Shown here: in pieces, positions 12,569 to 24,733 of the stretch
Layout of the letters: each line of letters begins with the position of its first letter
How positions within the stretch are numbered: position 1 is the stretch's first letter
DNA from: Macrostomum lignano
Lineage: Eukaryota
DNA: 64,000 bases
Direction: 5' to 3'
Assembly: GCA_002269645.1 (NCBI GenBank)
Contig: NIVC01000679.1
Span: 124,001-188,000, forward strand
Notes under the pieces: model-generated
Seen by the model: the letters and a program-made list of their open reading frames with translations, nothing else
Databases searched by the model: none
What the model was told of the DNA's origin: nothing
Position numbers and translations under genes: made by a program

Positions 12569-13557
12569 CAGGGGTCAGCAAACTTTTTACCTCGGGGGTC
12601 AGGTAAAGAATCTAGCTCATGGCTGTGGCCTGTGGGCCAGATGAGAGTGGAGAGGAGAGGGATTGGCGAGAGAGAAGTAAGAGGAGATGAGAGATGACAG
12701 GAGAGAGGAGAGGTAAGAAGCGAGATGAGAGATGCTATGAGAGAAGAGATTAGATGAGAGGGGAGAGGAGAGGAGATGAGAGGAGAGGAGAGGAGAGAAG
12801 AGGAGAGTAGAGGAGAGAGTAGAGGAGAGAAGAGGAGAGTAGAGGAGAGAGTAGAGGAGAGAAGAGGAGAGTAGAGGAGAGAGTAGAGGAGAGAAGAGGA
12901 GAGTAGAGGAGAGAGTAGAGGAGAGAAGAGGAGAGTAGAGGAGAGAGTAGAGGAGAGAAGAGGAGAGAGTAGAGGAGAGAAGACGAGAGTAGAGGAGAGA
13001 GTAGAGGAGAGAAGAGGAGAGAAGAGGAGAGAGTAGAGGAGAGAAGAGGAGAGTAGAGGAGAGAGTAGAGGAGAGAAGAGGAGAGAGTAGAGGAGAGAGT
13101 AGAGGAGAGAGTAGAGGAGAGAGTAGAGGAGAGAAGAGGAGAGTAGAGGAGAGAGTAGAGGAGAGAAGAGGAGAGAGTAGAGGAGAGAGTAGAGGAGAGA
13201 AGAGGAGAGAGTAGAGGAGAGAGTAGAGGAGAGAAGAGGAGAGTAGAGGAGAGAGTAGAGGAGAGAAGAGGAGAGAGTAGAGGAGAGAGTAGAGGAGAGA
13301 AGAGGAGAGAGTAGAGGAGAGAGTAGAGGAGAGAAGAGGAGAGAGTAGAGGAGAGAGTAGAGGAGAGAAGAGGAGAGGAGAGAGAAAAGAAGAGAAACTG
13401 AGAGGAAAGAAAAGGGAAGAGAAGAGAAGAGACAACTGAGAAGACACAAACCTTGAGCGGGCCGGATTGCCATTTTAAAGTGTCCATGGACCCTCGGGCC
13501 GGATAGGGAGGCATTGCGTGCGCATGTGACCCTCGGGCCGGAGTTTGCTGACCCCCG
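12569..13557 (+). mobile_element. Non-autonomous hAT element with internal GA-rich simple repeat
   Basis: 16-bp TIRs caggggtcagcaaact / agtttgctgacccccg (1 mismatch); perfect 8-bp TSD gtctacgt at 12561-12568 and 13558-13565. Confidence 0.9.
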
Positions 13558-14394
13558 GTCTACGTTCACTAGGAGTGGTTAGGTTTCGGGGTTGGGATTT
13601 GGGATCGGGATCGGAGTTCGGGAAAGGATTTTCGGGTTGTTTAGGGTTTTGCAAATTTTCTGAATCCCCCAAAAAGTGTCCAGCCAAACTTGTACAAGAT
13701 TTACATGTATCTGCCGTGTTGGAAATCACAGCTTTTAAATGCATTGGAAAAAGAAATCTCTGGTGACCAGACCAGCCAACTGTTCACCATGTTGGCCAAG
13801 CTGCCAACATTTCCTGGGCTCGGTGTTAAATTGTAATTGCATTACTAAGTGTAAAATGCTGAAATATTATTGAATTTTAATCCCTGGGTGTTTGTGAAGT
13901 ATAAGTGAAACAGAATCTTGCGTTTTCTTATCTCTACTGTAAGTAGACTACTATGGTTTCATACGTTATGCTAAACATCGGTGTTGTTTGGCACTCATTT
14001 TGGCGCTGAAGCCGCTATATTTTGGCGCCCTGAAGCAAAATTATCAGTTTCCATAGCAAGTCACAAGGTGAAATGGCGTATGGGGGGGGACAAGGTATTT
14101 GACATGCCCCCCTTAGCTTCTACTGGGGGATTATGTCCCCTCTGTCTCGCCTGTGGCGACGCCCATGTGATACATATCGGCCAATTTTTCTCTCCAAATC
14201 GTACATTTCACCAGTTCTTACTAAGTTGTTGTACTTCTCTATTAAAATGCATGTCGGTGATAGATAAAATTTGTCTACTTTCTTAAAAAATACCCAAGTT
14301 TCCTTGGAAAAGTTCCCATTTTTCAACACTTACAGCAATACTTGCTATTTCATTAAAATTGATCAGGTTCTTATACAATTAGTTTACACAATTA

Positions 14395-14865
14395 GGAGAG
14401 ATGTCGGGAGAGATGTAGGGAGAGATGTCGGGAAGTAGAGATAGAGAGAGGTAGGGAGAGCTAGGGAGAGAGGTAGAGATGTAGGGAGAGATGTAGGGAG
14501 AAATATAGAGAGAGGTAGAGAGGTAGGGAGAGATGTAGGGAGAAAGATAGAGAGAGGTAGAGAGAGGTAGGGAGAGGTAGGAAGGGAAAGATGTAGGGAG
14601 AGAGGTCGGGAGAGAGATAGAGAGGTAGGGAGAGATGTAGGGAGAGAGATAGGAAGAGAGGTAGGGGGTCAGGAGAGAGGTAAGGGAGAGATGTAGGGAG
14701 AGAGGTAGGAAGAGAGATAGAGAGAGGTAGGGAGAGATTTAGGAAGAGAGGTAGGGAGAGATGTAGGGAGAGAGGTAGGGAGAGAGATAGAGGTAGGTAG
14801 GGAGAGAGGTATGGAGTGAGGTAGGGAGGTAGGGAGTCAAGGGAGAGGTAGGGTAGGGAGAGAGG
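14395..14865. repeat. AG-rich degenerate simple repeat
   Basis: Variants of gagagatgtagggagagaggtagg. Confidence 0.85.
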
Positions 14866-15024
14866 AGGACCGGCACCTACATCAACCAGTTTCTACACCC
14901 TAAAGTAGCTGACTGTTCCACGACTAGATACTCATAGTCATAAGTCATGTAACTTGATTACAATCGGTGAATTCGTTACTAACAAATAAATTCTAGAGTT
15001 TAAGTGCCATTGCGCTTATTGATC

Positions 15025-15730
15025 TCTACCTATAAAAATCAAAACTCTGTCTGTCTGTCTGTCTGTCTGTCTGTGGACAAATTACTTCGCTATGGACTCC
15101 CAAACCGCTCAACCAAATTACACCAAACTTTACACCCACCCTAAACTTACTACGGAGAATGTCTTAGGCTACCTTTAAATTTCCTAGACTCAAGTCTTCC
15201 TACCTAAAAGTACAAAAAACTGCTCAAAATGCGCGATTTTTTCACTTAATCCTCCATAGCGCCGCTCTACTTCTACCGATTCTCTTCAAATTTGACACAG
15301 ATAATCTTGAACTATTTTGGCACGATCATGTAAAATTTCGAGTCTCAAAGTTAATCCTGAGCGGTGCTGTGCACTTTTAAAGTTAGGCTGTTTTTTTTCA
15401 GCGTAGCAACCACCCCAACCTCCGCCCGCCTGCCTCTCTTTCCCGATCCTGATCTGGGCCCAGATGTGCAAAATGGGTTTCAAAATTGACTAACTTTCAG
15501 CTGCCATAAGTTTGCTCCACGTAAAGCGATTGACTTCAAACCTGACACAATTCTTCATTAACCCATTCTCTATCTAAATGTAAAGTTTCAACTCTGTAAC
15601 TCAACCGAAAAAGAAACTGTAAGCATGTGAAGTTTGTCTGCTTTTTCTGTTGTTTGTGCCGCTCACTCACTCATTCCCCCAGCTCAGACGAAGGGTCAGG
15701 CGATAGGGCTCAATGTACATTGCGAATGTA
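15025..15730 (+). mobile_element. Probable non-autonomous element(s), Helitron/HINE-like 5' end with (CTGT)n
   Basis: tctacctataaaaatcaaactctgtctgtctg... start resembles Helitron-derived interspersed elements; boundaries are unclear. Confidence 0.3.
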
Positions 15731-16117
15731 CAGTGTTTTGGAATAACTTTTTAATAGCCTTCTCTGTACCCCCGCGAGTGGAGAGGCGTGGAGAGGAGAG
15801 AGTTTAGCGAGAGATTCAATTTTAAACCACTTTCCTTTCCTCTGAATAGACAAGTCCGCAGCAGTTAAACAAGGATGGCAAATCAAGGCGATGTGGGATG
15901 GTTAAAACTTTAAGGTATAAGGTACTTTAAAATTTAAATGGCCTCCTAAGAAATGCGTATTTCCATGGTTGTTTGACTGCTGCAGACTGTGGTGGTGGAG
16001 CTGGAGATATACAAATTTCTCTCAGCGCTGCTAATTGACCAGAAAGATGACGTGATTAAAGCATGGGAAATGATAACAACCATGATAGTACTACGTCCCA
16101 CAAACTGGCTTTCGAAG

Positions 16118-16506
16118 CAGGGATCGGTAGATTTTTAACTCAAAGGCCAGATAAATAATCCAGCTCATGGCTGCGGGCCAGATGAGAGTGAAAAAGAAAA
16201 GGAATAGACTATTAGAAAGAGAGGAAGGGCGAGAGGGGGGGTAAGAGAAAAGATATAAGATAACAGGAGAGACGAGTGGGGTGAGGACGAGGAGAGAGCA
16301 GAGAATATGGGAGGAGGAAGCGAGAGGAGGGGAGACAGGAGGGAGAGGAAAGAGTAGAGGAGAGAAGAGGAAGAGAGAAGAGGGGAGAGATGAGACAGAG
16401 GATCGATGAGAGAGGAGAGTAGAGAAGAGTGAGAAGAGAAGAGAGAACAGAGAGGAGATAGGAGGGGAGAGAGAGGTAGAGAGGAGTGAGAAGAGAGGAG
16501 ATAAGA

Positions 16507-16559
<53 letters not shown>

Positions 16560-17122
16560 AGGAGAAAGGAGAGATGATAGAGTAAAGGGAAGAAGAGGAG
16601 AGAGGAGGGGAGGGGAGAGAACCGAGAGGACAGGGGAAAGAGGAGAAAGGACGAGAGAGGAGAGGAAACAGGGGAGAGATTAGAGGAGAAAGAGAGATGG
16701 TACAGGAGAGAGCAGAGAGATGAGAGGAGAGAGAGGGAGAGAGAGAGTGAAAGAGAGAGGAGAGAACATGCAGAAAGAATGAGAAGAGAGAAGAGAGAAA
16801 AGATAAAAGAAGAGATAGATAAGAGAGCAAAGACGAGAGAGAAGAGAGGTGAGGGAAGAGACGATAGAAGAGAGTAGAGAGGAGAGAGGAAAGAAGAGAA
16901 GAGATGAGAGGAGAGAGAGGAGAGAGTAGAGAGGAGGGAGGAGAGGAGGGATAAAAGAATAGAAGGGAGAGGGAATAGACGAGAGAATAGGGGATAGAGG
17001 AGAGAGAGAAGAGACAGAGACGAGAGAGAGGAGAGGAAACAGAAGAGAAGATCGAAGTTTCTAAGGATCCAAGGGACATAAGGAGAGGCAGAGGCCAGAG
17101 TTTGCCTGTTCGCAGCACCCCA
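16118..17122 (+). mobile_element. Degenerate second copy of the GA-filled hAT element family
   Basis: Shares 'ccagctcatggctg...gggccagatgagagtg' with 12600-12650 and 'ggccagagtttgcc' at the right end; GA-rich interior. Confidence 0.65.
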
Positions 17123-17662
17123 GCCAACAATATAAATGTTTGCCTCAAATCCTAATTTTTCACGAATGTACTCTATTTTATGTTTAATTCAAACCTAACT
17201 ATTAACAAGTTTTTGTTTGAGTTTGACCTCAGATTTTAGAATACGAGTACATGCAAAATAGTTCCAGGGATTGAAATTCCCCGGGTTCAAAATCCGCGGG
17301 TTTCAACAGCTTGTTGTTATCTAAAACAAACACAAAAATCATGCATGAAACTACTGAACATAATTTACTCGGAGTCAGGAAGGACAATAGACAGAGTAGA
17401 GTAACACAGCACTTTGATAGGAAAGCACAAGCAGAAATGGAAATGAAATTATTGCAAGGCTGCTTTAATGTGTGTATAGAAAGAACCAGAGCAAAAAAAT
17501 AAGATTTGAAATGAAAAAGGGCAGAGACCTCAAATTCACTCTTGTACGCAATGAAATGTACATTTAGCTTGCGGGATGAACGTAGACTCTCAGTGTACAT
17601 TGGTTATATCCTAATAAAATCTATTTTTAGAACGGGCGGCTAAACCCTTCGCGCGGGCGCTT

Positions 17663-17704
17663 GGAATTTCCAAGAAATCTTTCCCTTTTCCAGTTTTCGG
17701 TTTC
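17663..17704 (-). promoter_or_regulatory. IRF/ISRE-like plus kappaB-like composite element upstream of RLR-B
   Basis: ggaatttccaagaaatctttcccttttccagttttcggtttc; reverse complement GAAACCGAAAACTGGAAAAGGGAAAGATTTCTTGGAAATTCC. Confidence 0.5.
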
Positions 17705-17883
17705 GCTCTGTCCTGTCGTGATAAAATAGAGGCAGCTCTGTCACTGCAACTGCATTGCTTTGCATTACTAAGTTAGTTAATGCAAGACAAGTGGACAACG
17801 GACAAGTGGACTAATCAATTAGTTTTTAATTAAAAATAAGCTAAAAAGCGGCTAAGCCTATCAACAAATAATATCAATCAACC

Positions 17884-20800
17884 ATGGACGGTGGCGAAGA
17901 AAGCGTTGAACTCGAAGGACTTATTAGCCTTCTTTTCCATATATTTAAAGACGACATTGAAGGATTAATTGACATTGGAAATATTGTGGCTGCGTACGAA
18001 AATCATATTAAAAATGGTGAGTGCCTCAATACTAAACTTTGAAAACCTGTAAAAAGTGTAATTTGTAATTCATCTAATCGATAAATTTCTTGAAATTTGA
18101 CAATAATTTTCGTTACTCAGCAATGTCTGCTCCTGATCGAATTTCCACCCAATGCAGCTCATCCCACTCAAGGCATTACCATGAATCGGCCCAGCAGTTG
18201 GTCCGAATTGCTGCAGGTTGTCGGCCAATTGCCAATCGAAGACGCATTCAGCCAGCTTCTGCGCTGCATCACAAGCTGTAAGTGCTGTCATGCTGAGCTG
18301 TACATGCGAGAAAGCATAATGAATGCCAACTCATCTCTCTGTGAACCCACGCAACAGCAGCACAGGAGAACTTGCTGCACATTCTGCACCTGGACAATCG
18401 GCGGGATCTGCCGCGTCTTCATCGGCTGCAATTGTCAGTGCCGGCCAGCCTTCCCGCAGCACTGCAGAGAGACGTCTTCGCCCAGTCACTGCAGGACTTC
18501 AGCAAGTCTTCTGAAGATCTTGACGGCGACGGGAGTGCAGCACGTGAGACTGAGCTGAGATGCTGTGCTGCTGAGTGGGCTGCTCAGATTCTGAGTTATT
18601 GGGCTGCTCAGTTGCTGAGTTATTGGGCTGCTCAGTTGCTGAGTTATTGGGGCTGCTCAGTTGCTGAGTTATTGGGCTGCTCAGATGCTGAGATATTGGG
18701 CTCCTCAGTTGCTGAGTTATTGGGCTCCTCAGTTGCTGAGTTATTGGGCTCCTCAGTTGCTGAGTTATTGGGCTGCTCAGTTGCTGGGTTATTGAGCTGC
18801 TCAGTTGCTGAGTTATTGGGCTGCTCAGTTGCTGGGTTATTGAGCTGCTCAGTTGCTGAGTCATTGGGGCTGCTCAGTTGCTGAGTTGTTGGGGCTGCTC
18901 AGTTGCTGAGTTGTTGGGGCTGCTCAGTTGCTGATTTATTGGGGCTGCTCAGTTGCTGAGGTATTGGGGTGCTCAGTTGCTGTGGTATTAGAATGCTCAG
19001 ATGCAGAGTTGCTGATTTGCTGAGCTTCTGTGTTACTGAGGTGCTTTCATTTATCTTTCTGATTCCTGTCACATGACCATGATCACATGACCCCATCTCC
19101 AGATCCCTTATCAGATATCCCCTCATGTCGACTCAACCCGCAGACGTCCATCGCGTGCTTCGCCAGCTCATCGATTGCGCACCTCACGACTGGTTTGAGC
19201 ACCTCATCCTCGCTGCGATCGCTGACCTCGAGAGCTCAGTCGATCTGCTTAACATCATTGCACCGTTCGGCCAAAACTTCGAGTCAGGTGAGAGACCAGA
19301 TTATTGTATCAGAAATAGCTGGTTGAATCACAGAGCAAAAGCAGCTGGAAGACTCCACCTTTGCTGAGATTGGGAACTCAAGGATGATCAATCTCAGTCT
19401 CAATGCATCGCCACCCATTCATTTCAGAGCTCCCGGCGCTTCAGCCCAAGCTCTACAACACGGTGTTGAGTCCAGAGTTCGAGGAGGCCAAAAAGTCGGT
19501 CGTCGACCAATCGAACCGGTGGTTCGATCTCAACGGACTGAAGTTCGACTCTGACACTTACAAGCTTGAGCGAATAGCCAATCAGCAGCCTCCATCGCCG
19601 CCTGGGTCTCAGCCGTCTGGCAACAACGAGCTCGTCGGCCGGCAGCTCCGCGACTACCAGCTGGAGTTGACAGAGCCGGCCCTCGATAATGCCGGCCCTC
19701 GCAACTCGATAGTGATCGCGCCCACTGGCTCTGGGAAGACTCTGGTAGCCGTGTACGTCGCTCTGCGGCTGCTCAAGGCCGAGCCCCAAGCAAAGGTGGG
19801 TGAAAAAAGCAAAACTTTGTTCTGTTATGTTTGGGTATAAGTCGGACCGCGGTTTCCATCTTTTTTGTACATTTTTTGGTTCAGGTAGCATTCCTGGCCT
19901 CTACAACGAACCTGGTGCAGCAGCAGTACGAAGAGTTCCGCTCGGTCCTGCCGCCGCCTTGGCGCAACAGCGTCTGCCCGCCGGTGCACGGTGGAGCGGA
20001 TTCGAGAAATCGAATGCCTTTCGCCCAGGCTCTGAAGGGGCACTCTATCATTGTTATGAGCACTCAGATTCTGCTGAACGCTTTGAACCGCGAACCCGAC
20101 AGCTTCAACGGCCTGGGCGTGTCGGCATTTCGGTTAATTATCTTCGACGAGTGTCACAATTGCTTAAAGGACCACCCAAGCAAAGGGGTGATGGTGCACT
20201 ATATGCGGCGAAAGAAGATTCTTGAATCGTCGGTTGAAGAGCAACAGAAAGGAAGCAAGCTGCCGCAGATTCTGGGACTGACGGCCAGTCCAGGTGAAAG
20301 CTGCTAGGAGCAACTATAGCCAGAAGATAACACTAGGGGGGGAGCCGGGAGTTTAAGTAAGGATACCAGAAACCCTCAAAGACTTAGACAGTGCAGTTTG
20401 TAACAAGGGACGCTTGAGAGATACTAGATTACCCAAACAATGCAAGGGACATTAAGAGAACACTATCGATAAAAAAACGGTACCTAGGCCAAGAAGCATC
20501 TCAGAGTCGGGGTCCACGAGAACTGCCCGCAGACGATTTTCCCGTCGAGATTTGCCCGCCGAGATTTTCCCGCGAGTGAATTGCCCTCGAGCGAATTGCC
20601 CGCCGAGTTTTTTTCCCACCGAGGTTTGTCCGCAATGCTTTTTTCCTTCAAAATCTGCCGAGTGGCTAAATACGCTCAGGAAAAAAGCATTCAACATATC
20701 ACTTTATGAACTAGAATCGACTTGCACAGTTTACTAGCATACGTGTAATAACTCGATCTATTTAGTCTACTTGAGTTAGTAGCAAAAATGGCTAACGCAA

Positions 20801-23800
20801 CGGCTTTTGGACGACTCTTACGATTCGCACGCGATGCGCTCGTGACTCAACAGTTGCATTACAGTCGCTTGAGTCTTCAAATAACATCAGAATCGCTATA
20901 ACCACTAGTGAGTTGTTCCTACGAACCTTAATATAGATGCTAGAGAACTCCAAACAGACACTACATGTATAGAATATTGGAGAACTACAACGGAGAGCAC
21001 TAGAAAACCGTAGCTATTCAAGATAATTCAAAGCCTAATTAGAGGCCATTAAATACACCCAGTAAAAGTACAACCGCACAGACTAATGCGCTAACATCTT
21101 AAAACATTCGTACAAACAAGGCACCGGCAAAGCATCGCGACTCGAGGCCGCCGTGGAGCATCTAATCAAGCTATGCGCCAATCTCGACTGCCCATATCCA
21201 GTCAGTGTGCAGCGCTGCATCAAGTCGCTCAATGAAGTGACATCAAATCCCGATTGCCAGATACACTATGCACCTGGCGATCCAACAAAAGTCGACGTGT
21301 TTATCAACATGCTAAACAGATTAATGAACGTTGGCGAGGGCCTTCTGCGCGACTATTGCGATTCACTTGAACAGTGGCAGAGTGAAGGCCTGCCAGTGTC
21401 GTCTGTGCCTCCCCGAGGCACTCCCGCGTACTTGAACTACTGCACCAATGTGAAGTACAACGTGCACAACATCACTGATCAAACCGTTTGCAAGAATATA
21501 TTAGCCTGCAGCAGGTATCTTGGCTGCTGCAACGAGGCTCAAATGATTGCGCAGTGCTTTCGCGCAGTGGACGCGTTGCGCTATTTGGAGACGGAGCTGC
21601 GAACCGAGGATGAGATGGCAAAGCCACCGGCAAGCGAGGCTGAGGAAAGACTGAGACGGCATCTGGATGACGTAATGCAACAATTGATCAGGTTCTGCGG
21701 CACAAAGGAGGCTTCGGTGAGGAACATGGTTACTGGGTCTAGGGATTTTTTAGTTCTGATAGTACGAGTATATTGAAAATGGACGCAGGATGAGTAGAGG
21801 TTTCTTTGACAGTGCAGTCATTTGGAAGTAATGGGGGTAGACAGCATAGAGGCTGATTTTTTATGCCCTTTACTCGCAAGACTCCAGACCTTCGTATTAA
21901 CCTGTAAAATGAACTCCTTCGTATGTTCCAGTCCAGCCCACCGCTGGACAAGCTAGTCGAAATTCTTCGCGAGCAATTCACCGGCCAGCCAAACAGTCGC
22001 GCTATCGTTTTTGTAAAACAGAAATTTTACGCTCGCGTTCTGGCCGATTTTGTAGACGAGTGTGCGGAACTGCGTCTTAAGGCTACCTACGTGACAGGTG
22101 CAACATCTGGCGAGTCGACGGGAGGCACCAACGCGGCTGAGCAGCGGGCCAGACTTGAAGACTTCCGACGCGGTCTCTACAAAGTGATCGCTTGTACGAG
22201 TGTCACTGAGGAGGGCCTGGACATCCCCGACTGCAACCTGGTGGTGCGCTACTGTCACGTGACTAACGAGGTCTCCATGGTGCAGACCAAGGGCCGCGGC
22301 CGGGCCAGAAATAGCGCCTATCACGTGATTGTAGCGGAAACGCAGGAATGGCTGAAAGATAAAGAACGCATCAATCAGGAGCGAGATGCCATGATGTCCC
22401 AGGCGGTGAGGACGGTTGCTGCCATGTCAGCAAGGGAACTGGAGATTCAGGTGAGAGATTAACATATACATGTAAATAATCCCGAATTGGGTCGATTTGG
22501 TATGACTCCCAGCTTTGATGCCTCCTGCTTGCAGATGCTCGAATATCAAGTAAGAATGATGAACACAGATGAGGATAACCAAGCGGCTGGAGGCGGAGAC
22601 GTCAATCAGGCCAACAACAACCGAGGTCAAGTTCTTGACAGCGATCACGACATTCTGTGCAGCAAGTGCTTCACTCAGCTGTCACATTCGACTCGACTTC
22701 GTTTAATCGGCGACATCCACCGGGTTGTTGTCGATGTCGAGATGTTCGCCAGCGGCGGCCGACTTCGCGGCCAAGCTGGCGGCGAAGCCAAAAGGGTGCC
22801 CGGCGTGGAAGTAATTGGCGTTGATCTAGTGTGCGACAGCTGCGGCTTCAAGGTTGCTAAGGTTGTAAGCTACGGCAGACTGTTCTTCCCGCTGCTGACC
22901 GTCGAGGCCGTGCTGTTTCGTCGGTCTATTACAATGGTATGGAACTGCCTGTAGAAATTAGAAGTTTGAGTTGCTACTGTTGCTGTGGATATGATTGGAG
23001 GAGGGTGCGACAGGACAGAAGATTGGGATGGATGGGGAAAGAAGGAGTTAGAGAAGAAAGCAGATGGAGAGTAAATTGATGAGAGTGGACAAGCTTCTTG
23101 TTGATCTCAGCTAAGGGATAAATGAATTGCCCGATGAAAACGGTATCTAAGCTAAGAAGCGTACCAGAGTCACTTGCGTCGCCTTACAGTCGTTGCAGGT
23201 AACACAAAATAGGAAAGAAATGACTCTAGACGACTCTAAAACGATGAGATGAAATGGTTAAAGTCACCAAAAATTCGTCACCAAAGAAGTCACGAAGTGT
23301 TTTGTTGTCTGTGACTCTGAAATCGACTCTGGTGCCGTAAAGAGTCGTATTTGAGGCGTGCTAAAGTCGCTGTAGTCACTGAGTTGTGTTTAAAGCGCAT
23401 TTGCGTCGCTTGATGAATTGAGTCGTATCTGTAGCAAAAGTTATAACGCCAACTCAACGATTCTTGGACAATTTTTTCATGATTTACGCTTTTGCGACGC
23501 AAGTCGCCTCCGTCGCATTTGACGCGTTTGAGTCGTTAAAAAGTCACAAGAGTCGCCCAGAGTCACAAGTAAAGTTGTTTGCAACGACTTTTTAGCGATT
23601 CTTGTCACGGTACCGTTTTCAACGGGTTGAGACTTGAGAGCGCACGCTGTCATTTTATTAGAGCAAATGCAGGTACGGAATACTCGTGAAATTCTCACTA
23701 GATAGTCAGCTTTATCAGTAGCCTGGCAACCCTCATTACCACATGCAGGAAACGGAAAGGCCGGCAAGAAAGTGGAAAGCAACAGAGAGTTTTCTTCGGC

Positions 23801-23889
23801 CAGTAGCTCGCCTGTCGCAGGAGGACAAAAACCTGTGGCGCAGACACGTGCCTCGCCTACCGGAGCATTATAGACCGTACTGGAACTAA
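17884..23889 (+). CDS. RIG-I-like receptor B, 1005 aa; exons 17884-18016, 18158-18277, 18358-18543, 19144-19287, 19428-19795, 19885-20293, 21121-21716, 21932-22450, 22535-22936, 23749-23889
   Basis: Motifs [27 protein letters not shown]...[26 protein letters not shown]; CTD with CSKC...CDSC and a terminal RKWK motif. Ten exons with the same intron positions and phases as RLR-A, total 3018 nt. Confidence 0.92.
18560..18985. repeat. 24/25-bp minisatellite in RLR-B intron 3
   Basis: Tandem ctcagttgctgagttattggggctg, more degenerate than the RLR-A copy. Confidence 0.95.
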
Positions 23890-24733
23890 TTATCTGATAT
23901 GATATAGTTCGCGTCAGTCAATATATTAACTTGAAATTTACTCAGACCAGCGACAAAGATAACATCTGTGCGAGTAGTTAACACAGAATGACTCAAGTAT
24001 AAACATGTAGTGTTGAAACGAGATCCACTTGGTTTCTTAGAAAATCTTTTGAAGGCTGTTCTGTGAAATTTTATGTTTCTAAAAAACGACAGGCGTATCA
24101 CTGATTTGTGGTAAAAAATTTTCCAAGTGTTAAATTAGGTCATTCATGACTGCAAAAAATTAAAAAATCAAGTAGCTTGTATTAGTGAGCTAAGATTAAA
24201 TCTGTTTACATTATCTGTAGAAAATTAACATTCTTTTTAACCCTTTTAAATCGCATATTCAGTAAATTGCTTTGCTAAGCAACTCTCTTGAAATTGTTAC
24301 GAACGGTGTTGTGTTATTTTAGATTTTAAATAAATAAATGAGCAACAACTCCGTTAATAACTACATTTGCAGTACACATAAGAAGAGCACTATATATCAG
24401 TACTGAACATGTGTTTTTATTAAAGTATATTTTGCTATTTACCAAAGTATTGTAAAATGCATAGTACTGCCGTTATCTGAACATAACCTAATAATAACAG
24501 CAAGAACTGGTTGGATCAAGATTACCGGTAGGCATTAAATTTCAACGAAACATGCCAATAATTATTAGCAGTAAGTTATAGGTAGAATCTGCCTCTCGGC
24601 TTCATCTAATTTGGGTAGAATCAGTCTCCCAAGCTATTAAAAATAGAACTTTCAAATTGAAAAATCATAATCTGTACAATAGTCAATGAGGCTTGGTCAA
24701 AACCGTTGTTATGACGACACAAAACCACTGAAA

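Larger units (their letters stand above)
17645..19795 (+). repeat. Right arm of ~2.2-kb inverted duplication (pairs with 10312-12510)
   Basis: Reverse complement of the RLR-A promoter to exon 5 block. Confidence 0.95.

Noticed and set aside
12568-13569. Long L/S-rich ORFs (also 16165-17148 and 40363-40962)
   Set aside because: Translations of GA/TC simple repeats inside MITEs; no coding signal.
13570-13650. Telomere-like G-rich stretch
   Set aside because: Only scattered TTAGG/TTGGG variants, no true tandem array.
18090-18558. Cys-rich ORFs overlapping RLR exons 2-3 (and mirror ORFs at 11603-12120)
   Set aside because: Read-through of short introns or alternative frames; the spliced model explains the region with consistent phases in both copies.
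20510-20640. Degenerate 15-bp ttgcccgccgaga repeats, and the gagtc/gactc-rich tract at 23150-23630
   Set aside because: Probably old transposon sub-terminal repeats, but no termini or TSD could be defined.
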